Assembly: GCA_964629885.1 (NCBI GenBank)
Contig: CAZVRJ010000008.1
Location: 4,524 to 68,523 of the forward strand
Origin: an uncultured Chitinophagales bacterium
Lineage (GTDB): Bacteria > Bacteroidota > Rhodothermia > Balneolales > CAYWCV01
Length of the DNA stretch: 64,000 nucleotides
Direction of reading: 5' to 3'
Shown here: positions 38,601 to 46,578 of the stretch, piece after piece
Layout of the letters: every line of letters starts with the position of its first letter
How positions within the stretch are numbered: position 1 is the stretch's first letter
Translations under genes and position numbers: made by a program
The notes under the pieces: model-generated
The model's database searches: none
What the model was told of the DNA's origin: nothing
What the model saw: the letters and a program-made list of their open reading frames with translations, nothing else

Positions 38601-40672
38601 AAGAAGGCGTGGCTGAGGTGTCGGCCGTTGAAGATGCACGCAACTATTTGAATACGAAAATCAGCTCTGGCGAACTCGTGTTGCCCGATGGAGTTCGTTA
38701 TGTTTTCTCAGGCAGCTACGAAAACCAAGTAAGGGCTGAGAAGCGGCTTGCGTTCGTCATACCGTTATGTTTGATCTTGATTGTACTGATCCTCTATTTC
38801 CAGTTTAGGTCGGTCGGAACCGCCATGATGATTTTCACGGCCATTGCAATGGCGTTCTCGGGAGGTTTCATCATGGTGTGGCTATATGCCCAGCCATGGT
38901 TCCTTGATTTCAACATATTCGGCACGGAGATGAGGACTTTGTTCCAGATATCGCCCGTCAACTTGAGTGTTGCCGTTTGGGTTGGATTCATCGCCCTTTT
39001 CGGCATTGCCACCGACGATGGTGTGGTGATGGCTACCTACCTTGACCAGACTTTTGCTTCAAGGGTCACAAATACCACAGAGGAAATACGCGCTGCTGTA
39101 CTAGAGGCCGGGCTTAAGCGAATTCGTCCATGTCTTATGACCACTGCCACCACTCTGTTAGCTCTGCTTCCAGTACTTACATCGAGTGGACGCGGTGCCG
39201 ATATTATGATCCCGATGGCGATTCCTGCATTCGGGGGGATGACCGTCGCATTGATCACGCTTTTTGTGGTGCCTGTTCTGTACAGCTGGAAAGCGGAGAG
39301 AACAGCAGGTGCAACTGCAAGATCAGGAGCAACTGCAAGAGCAGGAGCAGGAACGGCATCGATAGGCGAAAAAGATGGTGAAACTAAGGGCGGTGGCAAA
39401 CCACCATTCTTGTCGTTGCTCTTGTTCTTGCCGTTGCTCTTGTTCTTGCTCTCGCCATTGTTCTTGTTCTCGAATCAAGCTAGTGCACAATCACTGCCGT
39501 CATCTCTATGGCAGAAGGCGGTTGAGAATAACCCTCGACTGGAGATATACCGTCAGAATCTTGTATCCCAAGAGGCTCTGAAACGGTCGGTGGGAGCTTG
39601 GCCCAATCTTGAGATCGAGGCCGGCGTGTTAGTCCGCCCGATGGAACTGATGATGGGCGATCAAAGGTTCAGCTTTTCCGTGATGCAGATGCTGCCACGG
39701 ACGGCTGAATTTAAGTACCAACGCGAGGAGATCGATGCCATGTCGGGCGCTGAGCAGGCACTGCTCGATGAGACCTTGCGAATGATTCGCCGCGAGTTGA
39801 CCGAAGCTTGGATCGAACGCGTCGCACTCGAACATGAGATGAACCTCATGGATGATGCCCTCGAGATAATGAACCAGATGCAGTCGGCTGTCCGCGACCG
39901 GGTTTCCACAACAGCAAGCAATTCCGATTGGATTCGTATCGAGATGCGCATCCTCGAAATGGAAGATGTTCACGCTGCCATGGAAGACAAGATCGAAGCG
40001 CTGAACCAGAAGATATGGAGCCTCACAGGCGACAAGCAGCGATCATCCATCCCAATTGCCGATAGTCTTTCGATAGCCAGCTATCGCTTTGCAAGGCAAG
40101 TGCCTGATTTCAGCGACCATCCTGCCGTTCGCATGTTCGATTTCGAGGCCAATGCTGCGATAGCGCGTGCAAGGATGACGGAATCGATGCTGCGCCCGAT
40201 GTTTGGGATTGGCGTACAGTACACTCCTATCAAACCGAGGGAGTCTATGGGTGAGCGAACAAGTGGTGGCGATATGATTATGCCAATGTTCACCTTAAGC
40301 GTGCCGACATCTCGCGATAAGGTAAGAGCGCTATCGGAGGCATCGCGATCAGAGTCGCTCAGTATCCAGCGGGCTAAAGAAGACAAAATAGCTGAGCTTC
40401 AAATTCAGTGGGCCAAAGCCATATCAGAGCTCCAGCAAGCCGAGCGCAACCTCATCACAGCCAGTCGACAAAGAGCATTGTCGAAGGAATTGTACGATAA
40501 CGAGCTTGTTCAATTCCAAACCGGAATGGGTAACCTCGACATGCTGCTCGACATCCAAGAGAGTTGGGTCGGGTATCGCATGAAATCGCTCGAAGCAACC
40601 ATGCGTCAGCGAATGGCCTTCGCCATGCTAGAAGAACTTCAACCTTCCATTACAGGGAGCACAAACCAATGA
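35675..40672 (+). CDS. CusA/CzcA-family heavy-metal RND efflux pump, continuous in frame with a TolC-like outer-membrane factor (1665-aa ORF)
   Basis: The first approximately 1205 aa have RND topology (12 TM helices, two large periplasmic loops, HME-type sequence). No stop codon occurs before the OMF-like C-terminal approximately 395 aa. The junction is made of hexamer repeats. Confidence 0.8.
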   Translation: MLQSIIRFFLDQKLVTVLFAGLLIAWGLSTAPFKWDVPFLPSDPVPVDAIPDIGENQQIVYTEWMGRSPQDVEDQITYPLTSTLLGLPGVKSIRSTSMFGFSSIYVIFEDNVDYYWSRTRILEKINALPADLLPTSVQPRLGPDATALGQVYWYTLEVLDQDGNLVQGVWDLHELRSIQDFQVKPALNATPGVSEVASVGGYVMEYQVDLDPSSLRLYNISVMDVMNAIRASNQDVGANTLEINQVEYLVRGLGYIRSVADLEESVITERNNVPIRIADVGRVNIGPAPRGERGILDRDGVEVTGGVVVARYGDNPMQVIEALKERIALLEPGLPQRTLEDGRTVKVSIVPFYDRSVLIRETLGTLNDAISLQILITIIVILVMVRNLRASIMISVILPIAVLMTFILMRYFSVDANIVALSGIAIAIGTLVDLGIILSENVLRHKDEASEGEPLRDIIYRASVEVAPAILTAVSTTIVSFLPVFTLQAAEGKLFTPLAWTKTFALVAAVVITLTMLPALAHALLGMRIKRGESGAKSQAGPIERYGLWLAVVVVSIFLTAAWLPLGVQVGLLVNLLFVALILAIVLGGFYLFLKYYPTLLAWCLENKLKFLSIPAVIILFGAMIWLGFPRVFGFVAKAGDSVGMNVRVTAPWSFMAHSFPGLGKEFMPSLDEGAFLLMPTVMPHAGVEISREYLSRLDRLVTAIPEVETVVGKAGRAESALDPAPLSMFENVILYKPEFKTDADGRKLRFKIDDEGNFVTDDRGELIPDNRGQYYRQWRDHIRTPDDIWQEIVTATTLPGITSAPKLQPIETRLVMLQTGMRAPMGIKVYGPDLETIEAFSIELEAQLKEVPSLKEASVFAERSVGKPYLEIKLDRPAMARYGIMVAEVQEVIEVAVGGMPLTTTVEGRERYNIRARFARDFRDSPESLEGILIPTMMGSQIPLGQIAEITYRRGPMMIRGEDTFLTGYVLFDRQEGVAEVSAVEDARNYLNTKISSGELVLPDGVRYVFSGSYENQVRAEKRLAFVIPLCLILIVLILYFQFRSVGTAMMIFTAIAMAFSGGFIMVWLYAQPWFLDFNIFGTEMRTLFQISPVNLSVAVWVGFIALFGIATDDGVVMATYLDQTFASRVTNTTEEIRAAVLEAGLKRIRPCLMTTATTLLALLPVLTSSGRGADIMIPMAIPAFGGMTVALITLFVVPVLYSWKAERTAGATARSGATARAGAGTASIGEKDGETKGGGKPPFLSLLLFLPLLLFLLSPLFLFSNQASAQSLPSSLWQKAVENNPRLEIYRQNLVSQEALKRSVGAWPNLEIEAGVLVRPMELMMGDQRFSFSVMQMLPRTAEFKYQREEIDAMSGAEQALLDETLRMIRRELTEAWIERVALEHEMNLMDDALEIMNQMQSAVRDRVSTTASNSDWIRIEMRILEMEDVHAAMEDKIEALNQKIWSLTGDKQRSSIPIADSLSIASYRFARQVPDFSDHPAVRMFDFEANAAIARARMTESMLRPMFGIGVQYTPIKPRESMGERTSGGDMIMPMFTLSVPTSRDKVRALSEASRSESLSIQRAKEDKIAELQIQWAKAISELQQAERNLITASRQRALSKELYDNELVQFQTGMGNLDMLLDIQESWVGYRMKSLEATMRQRMAFAMLEELQPSITGSTNQ
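39305..39352. repeat. Hexamer array, purine-rich orientation (GCAGGT GCAACT GCAAGA TCAGGA GCAACT GCAAGA GCAGGA GCAGGA), with 18-nt super-period
   Basis: Read directly. It translates as AGATARSGATARAGAG in the long ORF. Confidence 0.9.
39407..39472. repeat. Hexamer array, complementary orientation (11 x NNCTTG: TTCTTG TCGTTG CTCTTG TTCTTG CCGTTG CTCTTG TTCTTG CTCTCG CCATTG TTCTTG TTCTCG)
   Basis: Read directly. It translates as FLSLLLFLPLLLFLLSPLFLFS. An 18-nt unit (TCGTTGCTCTTGTTCTTG) is repeated with one mismatch. Confidence 0.9.
39410..40672 (+). CDS. TolC-family outer-membrane efflux factor module (possible separate gene with TTG start inside the repeat)
   Basis: After the hydrophobic stretch and an ASA-Q cleavage-like site, the sequence QSLPSSLWQKAVENNPRLE... 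resembles the N-terminus of mature OMFs. The approximately 395-aa size fits TolC-like proteins. No ATG or GTG is available in frame, so the start is speculative. Confidence 0.45.
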   Translation: MSLLLFLPLLLFLLSPLFLFSNQASAQSLPSSLWQKAVENNPRLEIYRQNLVSQEALKRSVGAWPNLEIEAGVLVRPMELMMGDQRFSFSVMQMLPRTAEFKYQREEIDAMSGAEQALLDETLRMIRRELTEAWIERVALEHEMNLMDDALEIMNQMQSAVRDRVSTTASNSDWIRIEMRILEMEDVHAAMEDKIEALNQKIWSLTGDKQRSSIPIADSLSIASYRFARQVPDFSDHPAVRMFDFEANAAIARARMTESMLRPMFGIGVQYTPIKPRESMGERTSGGDMIMPMFTLSVPTSRDKVRALSEASRSESLSIQRAKEDKIAELQIQWAKAISELQQAERNLITASRQRALSKELYDNELVQFQTGMGNLDMLLDIQESWVGYRMKSLEATMRQRMAFAMLEELQPSITGSTNQ

Positions 40673-42402
40673 GAACCGAAACATCATCATTTAGCCTACA
40701 GAACAAGAATTGGAGAAAGTGGGCAGTTTACGCAGGAATCCTGATACTTGGATTGATTGGCGGACGCCTGATATGGGGTGGTGGCGACCCTCACGCCGGT
40801 CACGACCATGCTACGACCGAAGATGGAGAGATTATTTGGACTTGCTCGATGCACCCACAAATTCGCGAAGATGGTCCGGGAAAATGCCCCCTTTGTGGCA
40901 TGGATCTGACCCCGCTGAGCGCATCGGGTGGATCTGGAGCCGATGCAGGTATCATACGGTTATCGGCTAACGAGCTCAATTTGGCAGGAGTTAGGACTAC
41001 CAGGGTCGGCGGTGCGTCGTCCGACGGAACCATCATGCTAACCGGTCGAATAACCCCCGACGAACGACTTCGTGCGGTGCTTACTGCCCACATTGGCGGA
41101 CGCATCGAAAACTTGATGGTTGACTTCACGGGCAGCAGGGTCTATGCCGGCCAGATATTGGCCGAAATCTATTCGCCGGAGCTCCTTAATGCTCAACAGG
41201 AACTGCGTCAGATGTACCAGTTCCGCGAGCAGCAACCATCCCTTTACAAGGCCACCCGCGATAAAATCGCCCTTTGGAAGTTCTCTGAGAGTGAAATCGA
41301 CGCGATGGCCACCTCAGCTGAAATCAAGGCCGTAGTGCCGGTAAGGGCAGAGCGCAGTGGTGTGGTTACGGCGCTAAATGCCAGGAAAGGTATGTACGTA
41401 GAACGCGGCGAAATGCTCATGGAAATCGACGACCTTAGCTCCGTCTGGGTGATATTAGATGCCTTTGAGCAGGACCTATCTCGCGTGAGGATTGGGCAAA
41501 CTATGGAAATCGTGGCTGATGCCCACCCGGGAGACACATTCAAAGCATCGGTGAGGTTCATCGATCCTATGCTGAATCCAGAAACCCGCACCGTGGCGAT
41601 CCGTGCTGAGCTCAATAACCCAGGAAACAAACTGAAACCCGACATGCTGGTACGGGCACGTCTTCAGCAAGGCGGGAATCGAAGCGAAGTGCTAACCATT
41701 CCAGCCACAGCAGTGCTGTGGACTGGGAACCGTTCGGTGGTTTACGTTAAAGAACCGGGAAGTGACCACGACGGTAGTGGATTTCGAATGGTGGATGTTA
41801 CCCTGGGTCCAAGAACCGGAAACTCCTACGAAATAAAAAAGGGTCTCTCATCTGGCGATGAGGTCGTAACTCATGCGGCTTTCACCATCGACTCGGCCGC
41901 TCAGCTCATGGGAATGGAGAGCATGATGAGCCAGCGCATCCAACGTGCCGCCGAAGATGAGGCTCTTCAGAAGTCCATCGTGCAGGCCGTGAAGCCTTAC
42001 TTAGATCTGAAGGACGCCTTGGTTGCATCCGACAACGGCTTGGCTGCCACCAAAGCCCGTGAAGTTGTGACGGCTTGGGAACGTTTCACCACCAATCCAC
42101 AAAATGAAGATGAATTGGAGATGTGGAGTACCATGAAATCGTCGGTGCTGAACGGTGCTCGCAGTACAGCCAGCTCGACGGATCTGGAAAAGCGCCGAGC
42201 TGATTTTGAAATCCTAAGTGATGCGCTCATTGCTCTCATCGACAGGTATGGAATTTCTGGCACCACGCTTTACAAGCAGTATTGTCCAATGGCCTTTGAC
42301 GATAAAGGATCCTATTGGATCAGTACCGAACGCCAGATTCGCAATCCGTACTTTGGGTCCATGATGTTGTCATGCGGAGAAGTGCGTGGAACTTGGGAAT
42401 AG
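40669..42402 (+). CDS. Efflux RND periplasmic adaptor (CusB/CzcB-like MFP) with N-terminal Cys4 metal-binding domain and C-terminal DUF3347-like region
   Basis: The ATG 40669 overlaps the upstream stop (ATGA). TM anchor, CSMHPQIREDGPGKCPLCGMDL motif, HlyD-like barrel-sandwich region, and a C-terminal helical region (VKPYLDLKDALVASD). Confidence 0.85.
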   Translation: MRTETSSFSLQNKNWRKWAVYAGILILGLIGGRLIWGGGDPHAGHDHATTEDGEIIWTCSMHPQIREDGPGKCPLCGMDLTPLSASGGSGADAGIIRLSANELNLAGVRTTRVGGASSDGTIMLTGRITPDERLRAVLTAHIGGRIENLMVDFTGSRVYAGQILAEIYSPELLNAQQELRQMYQFREQQPSLYKATRDKIALWKFSESEIDAMATSAEIKAVVPVRAERSGVVTALNARKGMYVERGEMLMEIDDLSSVWVILDAFEQDLSRVRIGQTMEIVADAHPGDTFKASVRFIDPMLNPETRTVAIRAELNNPGNKLKPDMLVRARLQQGGNRSEVLTIPATAVLWTGNRSVVYVKEPGSDHDGSGFRMVDVTLGPRTGNSYEIKKGLSSGDEVVTHAAFTIDSAAQLMGMESMMSQRIQRAAEDEALQKSIVQAVKPYLDLKDALVASDNGLAATKAREVVTAWERFTTNPQNEDELEMWSTMKSSVLNGARSTASSTDLEKRRADFEILSDALIALIDRYGISGTTLYKQYCPMAFDDKGSYWISTERQIRNPYFGSMMLSCGEVRGTWE

Positions 42403-42424
42403 AACTGTCGAGCCATTTTAACTA

Positions 42425-43087
42425 TTAGGTGCAGTGATTGACCTGAAAGGGTGTCACCACTTTATGCTTGTGGTTGCTCATTCTATGAACGTATAAAGAT
42501 ATCAAGCTGGCAATCGCCACGGCATAAAGTGTCCACAGATAAACGTTGAGTAATAAGCCCTCTGACCAATCAGGCCCAGTAAGATGGGTGTGGATTGCTG
42601 CCAACGTGATCCAGATGATGGATGTTCTGTGAATCCACCTCCATAGAGTTGGAACGCCATGAATAATGGTTGCCGACATGGTGATTGCCAATCCATAAAA
42701 TCCGTAGATGCCGATGTTCACTTCCCATCGGCGGTGAAACGGTAAAAGGGACATGAATGCGCGGTAGAGGTCGTCTGGCAAAAATCTAGCTGTCAATAGC
42801 AGTGCATGCGCTAATGCCAAGAAGACCACTACAAGCCCAAGCTGGTGGTGCAGGCAAAGTCTCTGACCTTTGGTACCGATCATCTTGTCGATCGGCTTCC
42901 AAGATGCCAAAAGGATCACCGAAATCACAAAAAGCGACATCGACAAATATCCGGTCAGATTTGATAAGGTTGTCCATGGTTCGACGGCGTGTCGGCTGGG
43001 TTCGCTGGTAGCCAGTAGCCGTAATGGTATCACAACGAGTGCGATTGCCCAAACAAGGGCGGTGCGCGAAAGCGCAGGAGATTTCAT
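42425..43087 (-). CDS. Ferric-reductase-like transmembrane domain protein (MsrQ/YedZ-like heme-binding membrane protein)
   Basis: 220 aa with about 6 TM helices and conserved-looking His residues inside TM helices (LHHQLGLVVVFLALAH; IHGV; AAIHTH). Confidence 0.55.
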   Translation of the reverse strand: MKSPALSRTALVWAIALVVIPLRLLATSEPSRHAVEPWTTLSNLTGYLSMSLFVISVILLASWKPIDKMIGTKGQRLCLHHQLGLVVVFLALAHALLLTARFLPDDLYRAFMSLLPFHRRWEVNIGIYGFYGLAITMSATIIHGVPTLWRWIHRTSIIWITLAAIHTHLTGPDWSEGLLLNVYLWTLYAVAIASLISLYVHRMSNHKHKVVTPFQVNHCT

Positions 43088-43134
43088 GTAGCCTCCAGTA
43101 AATGTTGTTCCTCCTTAGACGCGTAACTCCCCTA

Positions 43135-43206
43135 CTTGTTCTTGTTCTCGCTCTTGTTCTTGCTCTTGCTCTTGTTCTTGTTCTCGCTCTCGCTCTCGTC
43201 TCGTCT
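43135..43206. repeat. Hexamer array (CTTGTT CTTGTT CTCGCT CTTGTT CTTGCT CTTGCT CTTGTT CTTGTT CTCGCT CTCGCT CTCGTC TCGTCT)
   Basis: Read directly. About 12 units lie in the divergent intergenic region between 43087 (-) and 43320 (+). Confidence 0.9.
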
Positions 43207-43319
43207 TGCTAAATATTGTAAAACCCAAGCAACTGTCCTCTCGGTTTCTCATATTGTGGGCACGTGATCACCATAGCGGCTATGCACGTTGGCCGTGTCA
43301 GTCATAAAACCATCCAAAT

Positions 43320-45716
43320 ATGAAAAACATCTACCATAGAATGGTGAGGGGGCTCGTCGTTGCCGGCTGTCTGCTCCTTGCACCAATTGTAATTAATGCC
43401 CAGGATACGGGTAATTTTGAATTGGCTGAGAGATTCTCGGCATCGAATGTAACTCAAAAAGTAGGCAGCACCAGCATCTCGGCTCAGTGGCTGAAAGATG
43501 CCGACAAATTTTGGTACCAGTGGAATGATGGTGACGGCCGCCGCTGGATGTACATCGACGTTGCAAAGAAAATCAAGCGCCCTTTGTTCAATCAGGAAGA
43601 CCTAGCGGCACAGTTAAGCGAGCAGTTCAACAAGGGAATCACAGCAACGGATCTCCCGCTCCGCAATTTTCGCTTTGATGAGGATAAGAAGCTCTTCTCA
43701 TTTCATGTTGACAGTATCCAGTTCACCTACCATGCCGACCGGATGGAGCTCATCAAGGGCGACTCCTTAAAACGCGTGCCGACTGAACCTTGGGCAAATT
43801 ACTCGCCAGATAGTACATGGATCGCTTTTGCTCGCAGCCACAACTTGTTTGTGATGCGTGCCGACGACCCAGATAGCACCGAAATCCAACTCACAACTGA
43901 TGGTGAGCGTTGGTTCAGCTATCAAGCCAGCCAGGGCGACACCGTGACAACCCGTCGTCTTCGTGCAAATGCACGGTGGTTCGAAGACAGCAAGAAGATG
44001 ATGGTTAAGCGCCAAGATTTCCGTAAAGTCGGTGATCTTTGGGTCATCAACACACTTGGCAACAACCGCCCTACCCTAAACACCTATAAGTATGCGATGC
44101 CGGGCGAGAAGGAACACTATGTAGACCATCTTGAAATCTTTGACCCAAACACCAAGTCGAAGGTTAAAATCAAGGCCGAAAAATGGCCAGATCAATCGAT
44201 TGGCGGAACCTACTTCGGCAGCGGTGGTGGTGTATTCATAACAAAGAAATCAGATTATGTTTATTTCTTGCGTCGTAACCGAACATGGGACGAAATTGAT
44301 GTCTGCAAGGCAAACACAGCGACCGGCGAGGTTCAAGCTCTATGGTCTGAAACAAGCAAGCCTTACTTCAACACGCGCTATGCACAGTTGGCCATCATCA
44401 ACGAGGGCCAGGAATTCCTTTGGTGGAGCGAGCGCACGGGTTGGGGACAGCTCTACCGCTACGATGCCAACGGCAATCTGAAGAATAGGATCACAAACGG
44501 CCACTTTATGGTAGGCGACATTGCCCGCATCGACACCACCGCACAGACCATTTACTTTTCTGGTTTTGGCCGTGAGCAGGGAGCCCATCCATACTATGCA
44601 AATTATTATAAGATCAAGTTTGATGGCTCCGGCATGAAGCACCTCACCCCAGAGGATGCCAACCACACATTCAGCATGTCGCAAACGAACAAATTTTTCG
44701 TAAGCAACTACTCTCGTGTAGATCTCCCAACAAAATCGGTCCTCCGCGATAGTGAGGGTCGAGTGATTATGGATCTCGAGGCAGTAAACATGGCCCGTCT
44801 CGACGAAATCGGATATAAACTACCCGAAGTATTCAAGGTGAAGGCTGCCGATAACGTGACCGACGTATACGGTGTAATGTGGAAGCCGATCGATTTCGAC
44901 CCGAATAAGAAGTATCCGATCATCACGTATGTGTATCCTGGTCCACAGACCGAGCCATTCCCGATCCCATTCTCTATCGGTGGTAACGCTGGTCGATCGA
45001 AATCCCTCGCACAAGTTGGCTTCATCGTGATCGCGATCGGGAACCGCGGTGGAAACCCGATCCGTCATAAGGCATACCATCAGTATGGCTACGACAACCT
45101 GCGAGATTACGCGCTTGCCGACAACAAGTATGGTATTGAGCAGTTGGCTGCACGCCACAGCTTCATCGACATCAACCGTGTTGGTATTTATGGTCACTCG
45201 GGCGGTGGATTCATGAGCTCGGCAGCCATTTTGAGCTACCCTGACTTTTATAAAGTAGCGGTATCGTCGGCCGGTAACCACGACAACAACATCTACAACA
45301 TCTGGTGGGGCGAAGTGCACCACGGCGTTAAGGCGACTACACGCAAGGTCAAAGAAAAAGACGAGAACGGTGTTGAGCGCGAAGTAGAGCGCACAACCTT
45401 TAGTTCGCGCATTCCGACTAACGCTCAGATTGCACCCAACTTGAAGGGCCGCTTGTTGCTCGTACACGGCGAGGTAGACAATAACGTGCACCCTGCCAAT
45501 ACGTACCGTCTAGCTGAGGCTCTGATCCGTGCCGGCAAGAAGTTTGAGATGATCATCTTCCCTGGCGCCGCTCACGGCTTTACAGGTCACTACGGCGCTT
45601 ATTTCGAGTACCGCATGTTCGACTACTTTGCAGAGCACCTCTTGGGTGATTATCGTCCGAATGTCGAATTCGTGATGCCGCGAACAGGCGGTGGAGCAGG
45701 CGGAAACGACGACTGA
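43320..45716 (+). CDS. S9-family serine peptidase, dipeptidyl-peptidase IV-like (beta-propeller + alpha/beta hydrolase)
   Basis: 798 aa with a signal peptide, nucleophile elbow GIYGHSGGGFMS and a C-terminal VHGEVDNNVH / AHGF catalytic region. Confidence 0.85.
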   Translation: MKNIYHRMVRGLVVAGCLLLAPIVINAQDTGNFELAERFSASNVTQKVGSTSISAQWLKDADKFWYQWNDGDGRRWMYIDVAKKIKRPLFNQEDLAAQLSEQFNKGITATDLPLRNFRFDEDKKLFSFHVDSIQFTYHADRMELIKGDSLKRVPTEPWANYSPDSTWIAFARSHNLFVMRADDPDSTEIQLTTDGERWFSYQASQGDTVTTRRLRANARWFEDSKKMMVKRQDFRKVGDLWVINTLGNNRPTLNTYKYAMPGEKEHYVDHLEIFDPNTKSKVKIKAEKWPDQSIGGTYFGSGGGVFITKKSDYVYFLRRNRTWDEIDVCKANTATGEVQALWSETSKPYFNTRYAQLAIINEGQEFLWWSERTGWGQLYRYDANGNLKNRITNGHFMVGDIARIDTTAQTIYFSGFGREQGAHPYYANYYKIKFDGSGMKHLTPEDANHTFSMSQTNKFFVSNYSRVDLPTKSVLRDSEGRVIMDLEAVNMARLDEIGYKLPEVFKVKAADNVTDVYGVMWKPIDFDPNKKYPIITYVYPGPQTEPFPIPFSIGGNAGRSKSLAQVGFIVIAIGNRGGNPIRHKAYHQYGYDNLRDYALADNKYGIEQLAARHSFIDINRVGIYGHSGGGFMSSAAILSYPDFYKVAVSSAGNHDNNIYNIWWGEVHHGVKATTRKVKEKDENGVEREVERTTFSSRIPTNAQIAPNLKGRLLLVHGEVDNNVHPANTYRLAEALIRAGKKFEMIIFPGAAHGFTGHYGAYFEYRMFDYFAEHLLGDYRPNVEFVMPRTGGGAGGNDD

Positions 45717-45751
45717 TTTATCCATGTGATCCAAGAGATCAAGGGCATAGA

Positions 45752-45786
45752 GGGCATCAGGTTCCATACTTGATGCCCTTTTTTTT
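45752..45786 (+). terminator. Rho-independent terminator after the peptidase gene
   Basis: GGGCATCA-GGTTCCATACT-TGATGCCC followed by T8. Confidence 0.8.
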
Positions 45787-45816
45787 GATGCCCCTGTTAG
45801 CTTGGATGCTCCGGTT

Positions 45817-46578
45817 CTACATCGCTTGCTTCAAGCCGTCGACAATATCCTTGTAAGTGACTCCGCTCTCGATGGTCACAATCATCGGCTTGCCCAGCAG
45901 TAGCTTGTATTTGCCACCAAAATATCGATGGATTTCAGACAAGTGGTCTCGGTTGATGATGAACGCCCGATGGACCTGAACAAACTGTATGGGCAACGAT
46001 TCAGTCAACTTTGTGAGCGACGTGTCGATTGGATACTCTTTCTTATCGCGGGTGACCAGATACACCAGTTTGTCTTTCGCTTCAAAGTGAGTGATATCGT
46101 CGTATCGCACAAAAAGCGTTCGATCACCCACGGTGACCGGATACGAAACAGGCTTGGGCTGATGGCGGAGGGAGCTTGCGAGTTCTAAAAGAGCCTGCAA
46201 AGGTGCTTTCGTATCTGCGCTAGACGTGTCGGGCAATCGCTGAAGCGCGTCGGCAAGTCGTTTAGCATCTACAGGTTTCAGCAGATAATCAACGGCCTTG
46301 TGTTCAAAAGCCTTGTATGCGTAGTCGGAATATGCCGTCGAGAAAATAATGTGTGGCACGTGGTGAATGCCGCTCAGAATGTCGAAGGCGTCACCATCGC
46401 CAAGCCGCACATCCAAGAAGACAAGGTCGGGTTGTAGCTCATCAATTTTTGACACAGATTCTGCGACACTGCCACATTCAGCGATAATGTGGATCTGGGT
46501 GTGGGCCTGAAGCTGCCGAGCAAGGCGCTCACGTGCCAAGTGCTCATCATCGACGATCAAGGTCCGCACGGTTTTCAT
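45817..46578 (-). CDS. LytR/AlgR-family response regulator (REC + LytTR DNA-binding domain)
   Basis: REC domain with TLIVDDE and DLVFLDVRL. C-terminal LytTR pattern (ITHFEAKDKLVYLVT...VHRAFIIN). Confidence 0.9.
   Translation of the reverse strand: MKTVRTLIVDDEHLARERLARQLQAHTQIHIIAECGSVAESVSKIDELQPDLVFLDVRLGDGDAFDILSGIHHVPHIIFSTAYSDYAYKAFEHKAVDYLLKPVDAKRLADALQRLPDTSSADTKAPLQALLELASSLRHQPKPVSYPVTVGDRTLFVRYDDITHFEAKDKLVYLVTRDKKEYPIDTSLTKLTESLPIQFVQVHRAFIINRDHLSEIHRYFGGKYKLLLGKPMIVTIESGVTYKDIVDGLKQAM

Noticed and set aside
39375-39381. ATGGTGA as a conventional stop/start overlap between cusA and the OMF gene
   Set aside because: The ATG (frame 0) and the TGA (frame 1) are both out of frame with the CusA and OMF reading frame (frame 2). 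Using them would need two compensating frameshifts, and the ATG frame gives CRCSCSC... rather than a signal peptide. I keep it only as a pointer that indels in this repeat-rich junction should be checked.
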